From: Candidatus Aminicenantaceae bacterium
Lineage (GTDB): Bacteria > Acidobacteriota > Aminicenantia > Aminicenantales > Aminicenantaceae
Assembly: GCA_041862375.1 (NCBI GenBank)
Contig: JBGVTE010000126.1
Span: 70,776-134,775 of the forward strand
Direction of reading: 5' to 3'
Length of the DNA: 64,000 nt
The position numbers and the translations under genes were made by a program. The notes beneath the pieces were generated by a model. It was not told the origin of the DNA. It did no database searches and saw only the letters and a list, made by a program, of their open reading frames with translations. Shown here one piece after another: positions 50,292 to 59,962 of this stretch; position 1 is the stretch's first letter; the number at the start of each line of letters is the position of its first letter.

Positions 50292-51617
50292 ATGAAGCTA
50301 AAAACCTTTCCTAAAGGGACTCATCCTCCCGAGTTAAAAGATCTGACAGCTAAGAAGCCTCTTGAATCTATACCGCCTCCAGAGAAGGTTTTCATTCCCC
50401 TTCTCCAGCACTTCGGAAGCCCTGCAGAGTCCCTCGTTAGCAAAGGAGATGAAGTCTGCCTTGGGCAGAAGATTGGAGAATGTAAAACTCTTTTCTCAGC
50501 TTCAGTTCATTCAAGCGTCTCTGGCAAAGTTCTAGCTGTTGATAACCACGTTCACCCTGGAGGAAGCCTGGTGAATACCATCACTATTGCCAATGACGGA
50601 CAAGACCGCATTTCGCCGGAAATAAAGGAAAAGGGTGCGCATGTCCTCGAAATGGATATAGGTCCGGATGAAATTCGACATATAGTGAAGGAAGCAGGAA
50701 TCGTTGGGCTGGGAGGAGCAGCTTTTCCTACCGCTGTTAAGCTTACACCTCCTAAGGATAAAACGATAGACACCATCATCATCAACGGATGCGAATGCGA
50801 ACCCATGCTCACCGCAGATTCCAGGCTTATGCTGGAGTATCCTGAAGATATACTCTACGGAGCAGAAATTATCCGGCTTGCGACTGGAGCAGAAAGAATT
50901 ATTGTGGGGATAGAGGATAACAAGATCGAAGCTTTTAAAACTCTTAAAAATTATGTGAAGAATGCCTCAACAGAAATTGCCCTCCTCAAGACGAAATATC
51001 CCCAGGGAGCTGAAAAAAACCTCATTTATGCTCTTCTGAAAAGAGAGGTTCCAAGGGGAGGTCTTCCCTTTGATGTTGGAATCGTGGTTCAGAATGTCGG
51101 AACATCCAAGGCTATTGGGGATGCAGTAAAGGATGGTATTCCTCTCCATCAGAGAGCCATAACGGTCTCAGGGTCTGGTATAAAAGATCCAAAGAATGTT
51201 ATGGTTCGGATTGGAACTCCTTTTAAAAATGTGATTGAATTTTGCGGAGGATTGAAAGACAATGTTGACACACTCATCATGGGAGGGCCTATGATGGGCA
51301 TTTCCCAATGGAGCCTGGATGTCCCTGTCATCAAAGGAACCTCAGGAATATTGGCATGGACATCTTCCCCTTATCAAGAATATGACTGTATACGATGCTC
51401 GCGCTGCGTAGATCATTGCCCCATGGGCCTTGTGCCAACTCAGTTGATGAAATGCGCAAAGTATGAAAATCTTACTGAAGCAGAAAATTGGGGCATACTT
51501 GATTGCGTAGAATGCGGCTGTTGTCAGTACTCATGTCCTGCAAAGATTCCTCTCGTCCACTGGATTCGATTTGGCAAAAATAAGACAATCAGTTTAAGAA
51601 GGAAAAAAAGTGCCTGA
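50292..51617 (+). CDS. rnfC: Rnf complex subunit C
   Basis: 441 aa with an NADH-binding GLGGAAFP motif and two C-terminal 4Fe-4S motifs. Confidence 0.9.
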   Translation: MKLKTFPKGTHPPELKDLTAKKPLESIPPPEKVFIPLLQHFGSPAESLVSKGDEVCLGQKIGECKTLFSASVHSSVSGKVLAVDNHVHPGGSLVNTITIANDGQDRISPEIKEKGAHVLEMDIGPDEIRHIVKEAGIVGLGGAAFPTAVKLTPPKDKTIDTIIINGCECEPMLTADSRLMLEYPEDILYGAEIIRLATGAERIIVGIEDNKIEAFKTLKNYVKNASTEIALLKTKYPQGAEKNLIYALLKREVPRGGLPFDVGIVVQNVGTSKAIGDAVKDGIPLHQRAITVSGSGIKDPKNVMVRIGTPFKNVIEFCGGLKDNVDTLIMGGPMMGISQWSLDVPVIKGTSGILAWTSSPYQEYDCIRCSRCVDHCPMGLVPTQLMKCAKYENLTEAENWGILDCVECGCCQYSCPAKIPLVHWIRFGKNKTISLRRKKSA

Positions 51618-52590
51618 TAGAAACACTTCTTTCATCATTCAATCTTCACCTCATCTGAGAGAAAAAGACTCTGTGCCAAAAATAATGTTCACAGTCATAA
51701 TAAGCCTATTGCCTGCAGCTGTCGGTTCTATCTATTTTTTCAGATTCAAAGCGGCGGTTCTTCTTTTATGTTGTATAGCCGCCTCCCTTTTGACTGAAGC
51801 TCTCTTCATCTGGCTAAGGAAGTTGTCCTTCCGCTCTCTTGGGGATGGATCGGCAATAATAACAGGAATGCTTCTGGCAATGACGCTTCCTCCCTCCCTT
51901 CCCATAGAATTAGGTGTTATCGGAGCAGTAGCTGCCATCGCTATTGGAAAACAAGTTTTTGGAGGGCTGGGCCACAATATCTTCAATCCGGCATTAGTCG
52001 GAAGAGCCTTCCTTCAGACAGCTTTTCCTGTAGCCATGACTACCTGGGTTCCTCCTGCACTGATAAAAGTAAACACAGCGACCTTTGCCACTCCCCTGGG
52101 AAATTTAAAATTCCAGGATGCGATTGCTCAGGGAACGCTGACGCCCTTAAAGGACCTTTTTTGGGGGAATATCGGGGGCTGCTTGGGTGAAACATCAGCA
52201 ATTGCCCTCCTCTTAGGAGCTGCTCTTCTTCTTTATCGTCGGTCAATCGATTGGCGCATTCCGCTCGGAATTATTATTTCTATTGCTTTATTTACAGGTT
52301 TTTTTTGGCTTGCTAATCCTGAAAAATATGCCTCTCCCCTTTTCCACATTTTATCTGGAGGCCTTATGATAGGGGCCTTTTTCATGGCTACTGATATGGT
52401 TACTTCTCCCATTACATCCAGAGGCACCTGGATCTACGCTCTCAGCATAGGCTTTGTTATCGGTTTGATCAGACTCTTCGGAGGTTTTGCAGAAGGTGTT
52501 ATGTACTCCATCCTTTTCATGAATGCCTTTGTGCCCCTTCTCAACAGATACACCCGCCCTCGAATTTTGGGGGAAACGAGGAAAAAATGA
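51610..52590 (+). CDS. rnfD: Rnf complex subunit D
   Basis: 326 aa polytopic membrane protein of the NqrB/RnfD family (GGLGHNIFNPALVGRAFL). Confidence 0.9.
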   Translation: MPDRNTSFIIQSSPHLREKDSVPKIMFTVIISLLPAAVGSIYFFRFKAAVLLLCCIAASLLTEALFIWLRKLSFRSLGDGSAIITGMLLAMTLPPSLPIELGVIGAVAAIAIGKQVFGGLGHNIFNPALVGRAFLQTAFPVAMTTWVPPALIKVNTATFATPLGNLKFQDAIAQGTLTPLKDLFWGNIGGCLGETSAIALLLGAALLLYRRSIDWRIPLGIIISIALFTGFFWLANPEKYASPLFHILSGGLMIGAFFMATDMVTSPITSRGTWIYALSIGFVIGLIRLFGGFAEGVMYSILFMNAFVPLLNRYTRPRILGETRKK

Positions 52591-53192
52591 GCCTTTTCTC
52601 CAGGATGATCGTTGTTTTAACATCAGTAGGGATACTTTCAGGAGGATTTCTTGCCAGCGTTGGGCTCCTGACAAAAAAGAGAATCGCCCTTAACAAGCAG
52701 AGAGAAATAGAGAACGCAATTTTCCTAGTCGTTCCAGGAACCCACTCCATCCAAAAACTATATGAGGAAAAAGACCTTGTCCTCTATGGAGGGATAGAAG
52801 AAGAAGGTAAAATTCTCGGCTATGCAATCCAGGCATCTGTAGTTGGTTTTCAAGATAAAATTACCTTTATGTTCGGAACAAACATAACGATAACAAAGAT
52901 AAACAGCCTCACTATTATTGAACAGAAAGAGACTCCAGGGCTAGGGGCAAAAATCACCAGTCATGAATTTTTTCTCCAGTATTGGAAAAACAAAAACTGC
53001 AGTGGCTCCCTTAGCCTCAAAAGGCCAGCTGTTAGCTCCGCTGATGAACTTTCAGCATCCGAAGTGAATACAATAACTGGAGCAACGATTTCATCTGAAG
53101 CAGTCCTTAACTCTGTAAATAAATCCATAGAAAAATTAAAAACCCTAAAAGAAGGAAGAAAGCTTAACATCAAGGGAGAAAATGCCAGTTAA
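52587..53192 (+). CDS. rnfG: Rnf complex subunit G (FMN-binding)
   Basis: 201 aa with an N-terminal TM helix and an FMN_bind domain (ITGATISS). Confidence 0.85.
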   Translation: MSLFSRMIVVLTSVGILSGGFLASVGLLTKKRIALNKQREIENAIFLVVPGTHSIQKLYEEKDLVLYGGIEEEGKILGYAIQASVVGFQDKITFMFGTNITITKINSLTIIEQKETPGLGAKITSHEFFLQYWKNKNCSGSLSLKRPAVSSADELSASEVNTITGATISSEAVLNSVNKSIEKLKTLKEGRKLNIKGENAS

Positions 53193-53793
53193 AACTGTCG
53201 GAGAAGAATTCACCAAGGGATTATGGAAGGAGAATCCCATTTTTCGCCAGCTCCTGGGTCTGTGTCCGACATTAGCTGTAACAAATGCTGTCATAAACGG
53301 TATTGCAATGGGATTAGCCACAACTTTTGTTCTTGTCCTTAGTTCTATTGTTGTTTCCTCGATAAAAAAAGTCATTCCGCCACAAGTACGGATAGCTTCC
53401 TACATTGTTATCATAGCCACATTTGTTACAATTGCCGACCGTTTCCTCGCTGCCTTCTTCCCTCCTATATCTAAAAATCTGGGTCCTTATGTTCCCTTGA
53501 TCGTTGTTAACTGTATTATCCTGGGACGCCAAGAGGCTTTTTCTTCAAAAAATACAGTGGGCCGCTCTCTGGTTGATGCCTTTGGGATGAGCTCAGGATT
53601 TATTATCGCGCTTCTTGTTCTCAGCACCATAAGAGAAATTTTGGGAGCAGGGACTTTCCTCGGCTACCAAGTTTTAGGTTCCTGGTTTGAGCCTTGGATA
53701 ATAATGATACTTCCACCTGGTGCCTTTATAGCGCTCGGGATCCTCCTCGGCCTTGCCAACAAAATTGAACAGCTATCAAAGTCAAGGAGTTAA
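53182..53793 (+). CDS. rnfE: Rnf complex subunit E
   Basis: 203 aa, NqrDE/RnfAE family. Confidence 0.9.
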   Translation: MPVKTVGEEFTKGLWKENPIFRQLLGLCPTLAVTNAVINGIAMGLATTFVLVLSSIVVSSIKKVIPPQVRIASYIVIIATFVTIADRFLAAFFPPISKNLGPYVPLIVVNCIILGRQEAFSSKNTVGRSLVDAFGMSSGFIIALLVLSTIREILGAGTFLGYQVLGSWFEPWIIMILPPGAFIALGILLGLANKIEQLSKSRS

Positions 53794-53795
53794 AG

Positions 53796-54371
53796 ATGGA
53801 GATTCTTTCTATATTCATTGCAGCCATACTAATTAATAATTTTGTCCTTCGCTACTTCCTCGGAATATGTCCCTTTTTGGGAGTTTCTAAGAAGCTCGAC
53901 TCTGCTCTTTCGATGGGTCTGGCAGTAACATTTGTCATGACTATTACTGCTGTTGTTTCCTGGGCAATCAACCACTGGATACTAATCCCTTTTGGTCTGG
54001 ATTATCTTCAGATAGTCTCTTTTATCCTTGTTGTCGCATCTCTAGTACAGCTAGTGGAGATGTTTATCCGAAAAGTTAGCCCCCCTCTGTACCAAGCCCT
54101 GGGAATCTACCTACCTCTTATCACTACCAATTGCGCTATTATGGGACTAGCACTCCTTGCTGCTTTGAAAAACTATAACTTTCTTGAGGCAGTGATTTTT
54201 GGGTTTGGCTCAGGAATCGGCTTCACCTTAGCCATTGTCCTTATGGCAGGAATAAGAGAACAACTGGATTTGGCTGATGTTCCAGAGCCGCTTAAAGGGG
54301 CTGGAATTTCTCTAATAGTAGCCGGAATCATGGCTCTTTCTTTTCTCGGCTTTTCTGGAATGATTAAATAG
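53796..54371 (+). CDS. rnfA: Rnf complex subunit A
   Basis: 191 aa, NqrDE/RnfAE family. Confidence 0.9.
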   Translation: MEILSIFIAAILINNFVLRYFLGICPFLGVSKKLDSALSMGLAVTFVMTITAVVSWAINHWILIPFGLDYLQIVSFILVVASLVQLVEMFIRKVSPPLYQALGIYLPLITTNCAIMGLALLAALKNYNFLEAVIFGFGSGIGFTLAIVLMAGIREQLDLADVPEPLKGAGISLIVAGIMALSFLGFSGMIK

Positions 54372-54377
54372 GAATAA

Positions 54378-55181
54378 ATGGATATTTTAGTTCCAATAAT
54401 CACCATGGGTGCCTTAGGCCTCCTTTTCTCTCTTGGATTGGTGTTTGCCTACCGAAAGCTTAGAGTTGAAGAAGACCCAAGAGTGGAAAAAATATCAGAA
54501 ATTCTTCCTCAAGTAAACTGCGGGGCTTGTGGATATTCAGGCTGCCGTGCCTTTGCCGAGGCAGCTGCAGAAGGGAAGGTTGAATCTAACGGCTGCCCTG
54601 TAGGAGGAGAGGAAGTGGCAATCCAAATCGCTGCTATTCTAGGGGCAGAGAAAAAAGAGGTGCTGAAAAAAATTGCTCGCGTCCACTGCCGTGGAACATG
54701 GGAGGCAGCAAAATCCCGAGGCAGCTACCAGGGACTTACAACTTGTTACGCTTCCCACCTTATCGGAGGAAATAAGCAATGCGTCCATGGCTGTCTGGGA
54801 CTTGACGATTGTGTTAAATCATGTCCCTTTGAAGCGATTAAAATGAGCAAAGATGGTATACCTGTTATCATCGAAGACAAATGTACTGCCTGTGGCATAT
54901 GTGTCGATGAATGCCCTCGAAATATTCTTGAACTCCATCTCTTATCTCAAGAAATCATAGTTTTTTGCCGTTCTCTAGACAGAGGGGCAGCGGCACGCAA
55001 AGTCTGTAAAAACGCCTGCATAGCCTGTGGCATATGTGTCAGGGCTTGCCCCGAGGCTATAATTTTAGAGGACAACTTAGCTAAGATTATTGATTATAAA
55101 AAAATAAACCCAGAGAAAATTTCTGAAATTGAAAAATGTCCCACCGACTCAATCGGTCGCCTCAAGAAAGATAAAGAATGA
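54378..55181 (+). CDS. rnfB: Rnf complex subunit B (polyferredoxin)
   Basis: 267 aa with an N-terminal TM helix, CGACGYSGC...NGCPVGGEE, then two 4Fe-4S motifs. Confidence 0.85.
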   Translation: MDILVPIITMGALGLLFSLGLVFAYRKLRVEEDPRVEKISEILPQVNCGACGYSGCRAFAEAAAEGKVESNGCPVGGEEVAIQIAAILGAEKKEVLKKIARVHCRGTWEAAKSRGSYQGLTTCYASHLIGGNKQCVHGCLGLDDCVKSCPFEAIKMSKDGIPVIIEDKCTACGICVDECPRNILELHLLSQEIIVFCRSLDRGAAARKVCKNACIACGICVRACPEAIILEDNLAKIIDYKKINPEKISEIEKCPTDSIGRLKKDKE

Positions 55182-55618
55182 AGGAAAAAGTCTTTGTTGT
55201 CTCTGCTAAAGAAGAATTTGCACAAGTAAAAATTAACAATCATGAATTTTGTTCTTCCTGCTCTGCTCGTATGTTATGTGTTGGACAAAAAGATGAAAAA
55301 GGAACTATTTCTGTGGTAAATCCTCTCGCTGCCCAAGCTGGAGACGAGGTTCTAATCGAAGTTCCTGAAAAAAGTTACAGTAAAGAATTAATGTTTATGT
55401 TTGGCGTTCTTCTTTTAGCCTCCTTACTAGGGCTGGCAATCGGCTACATCACTGCAATCCTTTTGCCTCTTTCATCAACCCAAACGAGCTTCATAGGATT
55501 CGTTTTAGGCCTCATCTTGGGAGGTTTTTTTCTTGTCCGCTATTTTCGTAAGATAAAGAAAGCCAGGCTTTATCCTGTAATAATAGACATAATAAAAAAA
55601 GGAGATTCCAATGGATAG
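55178..55618 (+). CDS. RseC/MucC-family protein (SoxR-reducing/sigma-E regulator family), rnf-associated
   Basis: 146 aa with an N-terminal Cys cluster (CSSCSARMLC) and two C-terminal TM helices. Confidence 0.65.
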   Translation: MKEKVFVVSAKEEFAQVKINNHEFCSSCSARMLCVGQKDEKGTISVVNPLAAQAGDEVLIEVPEKSYSKELMFMFGVLLLASLLGLAIGYITAILLPLSSTQTSFIGFVLGLILGGFFLVRYFRKIKKARLYPVIIDIIKKGDSNG

Positions 55619-56345
55619 ACGAAGTTTCCTCAAAACTCTCTCTCTTTCACCGTTTATCTCACCGCTATTGAGCCTTGCAAATCAATCAAAAGAGGACTTT
55701 GAGCTCCACCTTATTGGTTCTTCACCTCATAATTATATCTTGCCTATACTTGAAGAAATTCAAGAAGGCCGTTTTTTCTGGGGAAAATGTTTTACAACTT
55801 TAAATCATCATCCCCAAAAGGAAGTATTAATAAAACGACTTATAAACAATCATTGGAAGTATTCCCGTAGCCGCTCGCAGTCTGATCTCACTGTCGCCTT
55901 TGGCCGACTCATTAATCCTGCTCCCCCTTCTTTTACGCTCATTAGAGATGATAAGATATGGGATATACGCTCTAAAAATCTCCTCGTTCTCTGGAAACAT
56001 ATCAATAGAAGCTATCAGCCTTCGCCTTGGATAACAATCGTTTCATCAAATAGTACACGACTTAAACTATATAGGGGAAATAAAGTTTCGGTTTTTACAG
56101 ATGGAAAGAAAGCAGAAAGTCTTTCTTTAAATAAACCATCCTCCTGGGTATTCACTACTTCAAGAGGAAAAATTGAAATTAGTATAGAAATGGGAGAGGT
56201 TCGAGTCATAAATTCTTCATGTCGCAATAAAATCTGTCTTTATTCTGCTCCTGTATCTCTCGAAGGAGAAAGAATCATCTGTGCTCCTAATCATTTTTTG
56301 TTGGAAATTGAATCTCAAAACCATGTAGATACTGCCATTGGCTAA
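55611..56345 (+). CDS. Tat-signal protein with C-terminal NusG_II-like (DUF1312-like) domain
   Basis: 244 aa with MDRRSFLKTL. The C-terminal ...VINSSCRNKICLYSAPVSLEGERIICAPNHFLLEI resembles NusG domain II-type proteins found beside apbE/rnf. Confidence 0.45.
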   Translation: MDRRSFLKTLSLSPFISPLLSLANQSKEDFELHLIGSSPHNYILPILEEIQEGRFFWGKCFTTLNHHPQKEVLIKRLINNHWKYSRSRSQSDLTVAFGRLINPAPPSFTLIRDDKIWDIRSKNLLVLWKHINRSYQPSPWITIVSSNSTRLKLYRGNKVSVFTDGKKAESLSLNKPSSWVFTTSRGKIEISIEMGEVRVINSSCRNKICLYSAPVSLEGERIICAPNHFLLEIESQNHVDTAIG

Positions 56346-57267
56346 AAAAACTCTTCTCTCTTTTTTTATTCCTTTCTTACTTCTCCTTGGATGTCGTACT
56401 AAAGAGAAATGGAATACTGCCACTCTTCTCTATTTCGATACAATCTGTGAGATAAACATTTACTGTCTTCCTCAACATTTCCAGTCTTGCCAAAAAGAAT
56501 TAAATCGCGTCTTTTCAAAAATTGAAACATCCTTTTCTCCTGACTCTAAAGATTATTCTTCACCATTGGTTCTTGAGCTGTTCAGTAAGGCTTACCAAGT
56601 TTACCAAGTTTCCTATGGATTTTTTGATATTACTGTTGCACCATTATCCAGGCTTTGGGGATTTACTGATAAAAATTACCGTCTCCCAAGACCATCAGAG
56701 ATAGAAAAGAAACTCGAATCTGTAGGAATGGAAAAGATAAGAATAGAAAATGATTGTCTTATCTTGCCTCTTAATATGGAGCTTGACTGGGGAGGTATCG
56801 CAAAAGGATTAGGTGTTGACCTCGCATCAGAAGCCTTGAAAAACATGGGCATCTCTCGGGGATTCATAAATGCAGGAGGGGATCTTTACTGCTGGGGTGA
56901 AAATCCTTCTAGCAGTCCCTGGAAAGTTGGTGTAAAGCATCCTCGCAAAGAAGGCTTCTTGGGTATTATCTCAATATCTAATTTGGGAGCAGCGACAACT
57001 GGAGATTATCAAAGGTTTTTTAAACACAAGAATGTCCGCTACCATCATGTTTTTAATCCACACACAGGATATCCTGCCCGGAATAAGCAAACCGTAGTCG
57101 TTATTGGCCCTGAAACGCTGTACTGTGATGCCCTCTCAACGGCTCTTTTTGCCAGCCCACAACCAGAAAGAATATTAGAAAAGTATCCTGATTATGGGGC
57201 AATAATTGTAGATTCTCAAGGAAATATTTATAAATTAGGAAGAACTTATCCCTTCAAGCAATTATAA
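56338..57267 (+). CDS. apbE: FAD:protein FMN transferase (ApbE), lipoprotein
   Basis: 309 aa with lipobox LLLLGC and ApbE motifs (GGIAKGLGVD, FINAGGDL). Confidence 0.85.
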   Translation: MAKKTLLSFFIPFLLLLGCRTKEKWNTATLLYFDTICEINIYCLPQHFQSCQKELNRVFSKIETSFSPDSKDYSSPLVLELFSKAYQVYQVSYGFFDITVAPLSRLWGFTDKNYRLPRPSEIEKKLESVGMEKIRIENDCLILPLNMELDWGGIAKGLGVDLASEALKNMGISRGFINAGGDLYCWGENPSSSPWKVGVKHPRKEGFLGIISISNLGAATTGDYQRFFKHKNVRYHHVFNPHTGYPARNKQTVVVIGPETLYCDALSTALFASPQPERILEKYPDYGAIIVDSQGNIYKLGRTYPFKQL

Positions 57268-57268
57268 C

Positions 57269-58378
57269 CTATATTTTCATCGGCATTAAAACATAAATAT
57301 ATTTTACTTCCTCCTCAGCTTCTGGTTTTACCAGTGCTGCATTGTTTTCATCTTTTAGCTCAAAGCGAACTCTTTCAGCCTTTACTGTGGAAAGAAAGTC
57401 GAGCAAATACTGTGCATTAAATCCTATCTCTATATTCTCTCCGTCATAGTCAACATCAATTTTGTCTCTCGCCTCTCCAATTTCAGGGTTTGAAGAGAAT
57501 AACCTTATAATATTTTTTTCAATAAAAAATTTTATCCCCTTTGATCTTTCTGCTGATAAGAGAGACACTCTTCTAATTGCATCAGTAATCTCTTCTCTAG
57601 AAAGAGTGATAATGCTTGTATTGTCTTTTGGAATTACCTCTTCAAAGTTTGGGAATTTTCCTTCAATAATTCTCGACATCAAAGTTCTATTGTTAACTCT
57701 AAAGAATAGATTGCTTTCATCAAAATCAAACTCCACATTCTCATTCTCAAGCTTTCTCATTTCACTCAAGGTTTTTTTGGCGACAATTACTCTTATCTCT
57801 TCTTCTAGTTTTAGATCTTCCATATGCTTAGAAGTATAGGCCAGTCGATGCCCATCTGTGCTCACTAATTCTATTGATTTGTTTTTCAGAATCAACAAGG
57901 CCCCAGTTAAATAATAGCGGTGCTCTTGAGTTATAGCAAAGTAAACCCGGTCAATCATCTCTCTCATCAAATCTAAAGGAATAGATATATTCCTTTCAAA
58001 TCTAGGCTCTGGCACTTGAGGATAATCTTCCTTAGGTAAACAAAGAATTTTAAACTCACTCTCGCCAGCTGTTATTTCTATCATGGAATCTTTACTTTCT
58101 TTAAAGGCTACAAGTTTTCCCTCTGATAGGGATTTTATAATTTCGAATAATTTTTTCCCTGAAACTGTAATGGCTCCTGTTTCTTCAACTTGAGCTGGAA
58201 AATATGTCCTTAGTCCAACTTCTAAATCTGTACCAATCATTTCAACTTCCTCTTCACCAACATTAATCAGTATGTTGGCTAATATTGGCAGTGTATTCCT
58301 TTTTTCTACTATTCCTTGGAAAAGTTGAAGTTCATTAAGGATTTCTTCCTTTTTGGTTAAAAATTTCATTTTATCCAC
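57269..58378 (-). CDS. dnaN: DNA polymerase III beta subunit (sliding clamp)
   Basis: 369 aa, three-domain clamp, directly downstream of dnaA. Confidence 0.9.
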   Translation of the reverse strand: MDKMKFLTKKEEILNELQLFQGIVEKRNTLPILANILINVGEEEVEMIGTDLEVGLRTYFPAQVEETGAITVSGKKLFEIIKSLSEGKLVAFKESKDSMIEITAGESEFKILCLPKEDYPQVPEPRFERNISIPLDLMREMIDRVYFAITQEHRYYLTGALLILKNKSIELVSTDGHRLAYTSKHMEDLKLEEEIRVIVAKKTLSEMRKLENENVEFDFDESNLFFRVNNRTLMSRIIEGKFPNFEEVIPKDNTSIITLSREEITDAIRRVSLLSAERSKGIKFFIEKNIIRLFSSNPEIGEARDKIDVDYDGENIEIGFNAQYLLDFLSTVKAERVRFELKDENNAALVKPEAEEEVKYIYVLMPMKI

Positions 58379-58487
58379 CTTTCCATAACGGTTATTTATT
58401 ATTTAATTAAAGTTATAATTAAAATAGTTAATAAATATAATAATATCAATATAATTTGTGAAAATGATTTATAAATCATTGATTTCT
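58379..58487. promoter_or_regulatory. Candidate DNA-unwinding element / part of oriC in the dnaA-dnaN intergenic region
   Basis: 109 bp of roughly 85-90% A+T (this genome is ~40% GC) with AT-tract repeats and degenerate box-like TGTGAAAAT. Confidence 0.45.
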
Positions 58488-59819
58488 TTATTTTATATCG
58501 TTTATTATCCTGTTTATTTTTTTGTCGAAATTATTATCTTGTTGTCGAAATTTTTCTATTTTTCTGATGCTGTGAATAACTGTTGTATGGTGTTTTCCAC
58601 CGAATTTCTTTCCAATTTCAGGAAGAGAAGATTTTGTTAATTCTTTAGATAAATACATAGCAATTTGACGAGGGAAAGCCACCTTGGGAGAATTGTTTTT
58701 TGATTTTAGTTGAGAGAGTTTTATCTTAAAATCATGACAGACAATTTTTTGAATTTTTTCTACAGTTATTATACTTGATGTAGAATCTAGCAAGCTTTTT
58801 AATGCTTCTTTAGCAAGGTCTAAGTCAATAGGCTCTCCTTTTAGAGATGAATAGGCAATAACTCGACGCATGTATCCTTCTAACTCTCTTATGTTTGAAT
58901 GAACCGTGTCAGCAATAAAAAGAGCAACGCTTTCAGTCAGAGCAACACCTTCGAGTTCTGCTTTTTTCTTTAATATAGCAATCCTTGTTTCAATGTCAGG
59001 AGGCCTTAGATCTGCAATTAAGCCCCACTCAAAACGAGAACTAAACCGTTCTTCAATATGAGGAATTTCCTTGGGAGGGCAATCGCTTGAAATAACGATT
59101 TGTTTTTGGTTGTCATAAAGGTGGTTAAAAGTATGAAAGAATTCCTCTTTTGTCCTTTCCCTTCCAGAAAGAAAATGAATATCGTCCATGAGGAGAACAT
59201 CGACACTTCTGTATTTCTGGCGAAAATCAAGTATTTTTCCATATTGGAGGTGATTTATAAGATCGTTCATAAACTTTTCCGTGGTTATGTAGAGAATTTT
59301 AAGTCTGCGGTAGTTATTAAGGGTATAATGGCCGATTGCATTCATTAAGTGAGTTTTTCCCAAGCCAGGACCGCCGTAGATGTATAGAGGGTTATATGAA
59401 ATGGCTGGATTCTTGGCAACTGCAACTGAAGCAGCTTGAGCGAACTGGTTACAGGAGCCGACTATGAAGTTGTCAAAAGTATAATTAGGATTAAGGTTAG
59501 GATTAAGAAGCATCCCGTACTTTACTCTTCTCTTATGAGGAACTCGCCTCATATAAGATATAGAAGCGTCATCAATGATGTATTTAATATCAAAAACTCT
59601 TCCGAAGAGCTCGTTTGAATAGTGACTTATAAGACTTGAGTAATGGAAGGAAAGCCAGTCTTTAAAGTAAGAATTAGGGACTTTTATGTAGAGGGCGTTG
59701 CCGTCTTGTCCGATGAAGACCGTAGGATCAAACCAAGTCTCGTAACTGTTCTTATCGATTTTTTTTCCAATAGCATTTAATATTTGATTCCAAGAGTTAG
59801 TTTTATCTTTAAGTTCCAT
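58488..59819 (-). CDS. dnaA: Chromosomal replication initiator DnaA
   Basis: 443 aa with AAA+ (GGPGLGKTHLMNAIGH, LLMDDIHFL) and a C-terminal DNA-binding domain. Confidence 0.95.
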   Translation of the reverse strand: MELKDKTNSWNQILNAIGKKIDKNSYETWFDPTVFIGQDGNALYIKVPNSYFKDWLSFHYSSLISHYSNELFGRVFDIKYIIDDASISYMRRVPHKRRVKYGMLLNPNLNPNYTFDNFIVGSCNQFAQAASVAVAKNPAISYNPLYIYGGPGLGKTHLMNAIGHYTLNNYRRLKILYITTEKFMNDLINHLQYGKILDFRQKYRSVDVLLMDDIHFLSGRERTKEEFFHTFNHLYDNQKQIVISSDCPPKEIPHIEERFSSRFEWGLIADLRPPDIETRIAILKKKAELEGVALTESVALFIADTVHSNIRELEGYMRRVIAYSSLKGEPIDLDLAKEALKSLLDSTSSIITVEKIQKIVCHDFKIKLSQLKSKNNSPKVAFPRQIAMYLSKELTKSSLPEIGKKFGGKHHTTVIHSIRKIEKFRQQDNNFDKKINRIINDIK

Positions 59820-59833
59820 ATTTTATATTCAGA

Positions 59834-59864
59834 TTTCCACAAACATTTCCACAGATGTGGAAAA
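59834..59864. promoter_or_regulatory. Cluster of three DnaA-box-like sites upstream of dnaA
   Basis: TTTCCACA at 59834-59841 and 59846-59853, and inverted TGTGGAAAA at 59856-59864, within 31 bp. Variants of TTATCCACA. Confidence 0.55.
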
Positions 59865-59962
59865 CTTTCCCTAAGTGCTGATTAATGGGAAAGAAAGGCA
59901 GGGCTATAGTAGCACTCTACTAAAGGGATTTCAAGAAATTTAATTTAAAATAATAAATTTTT

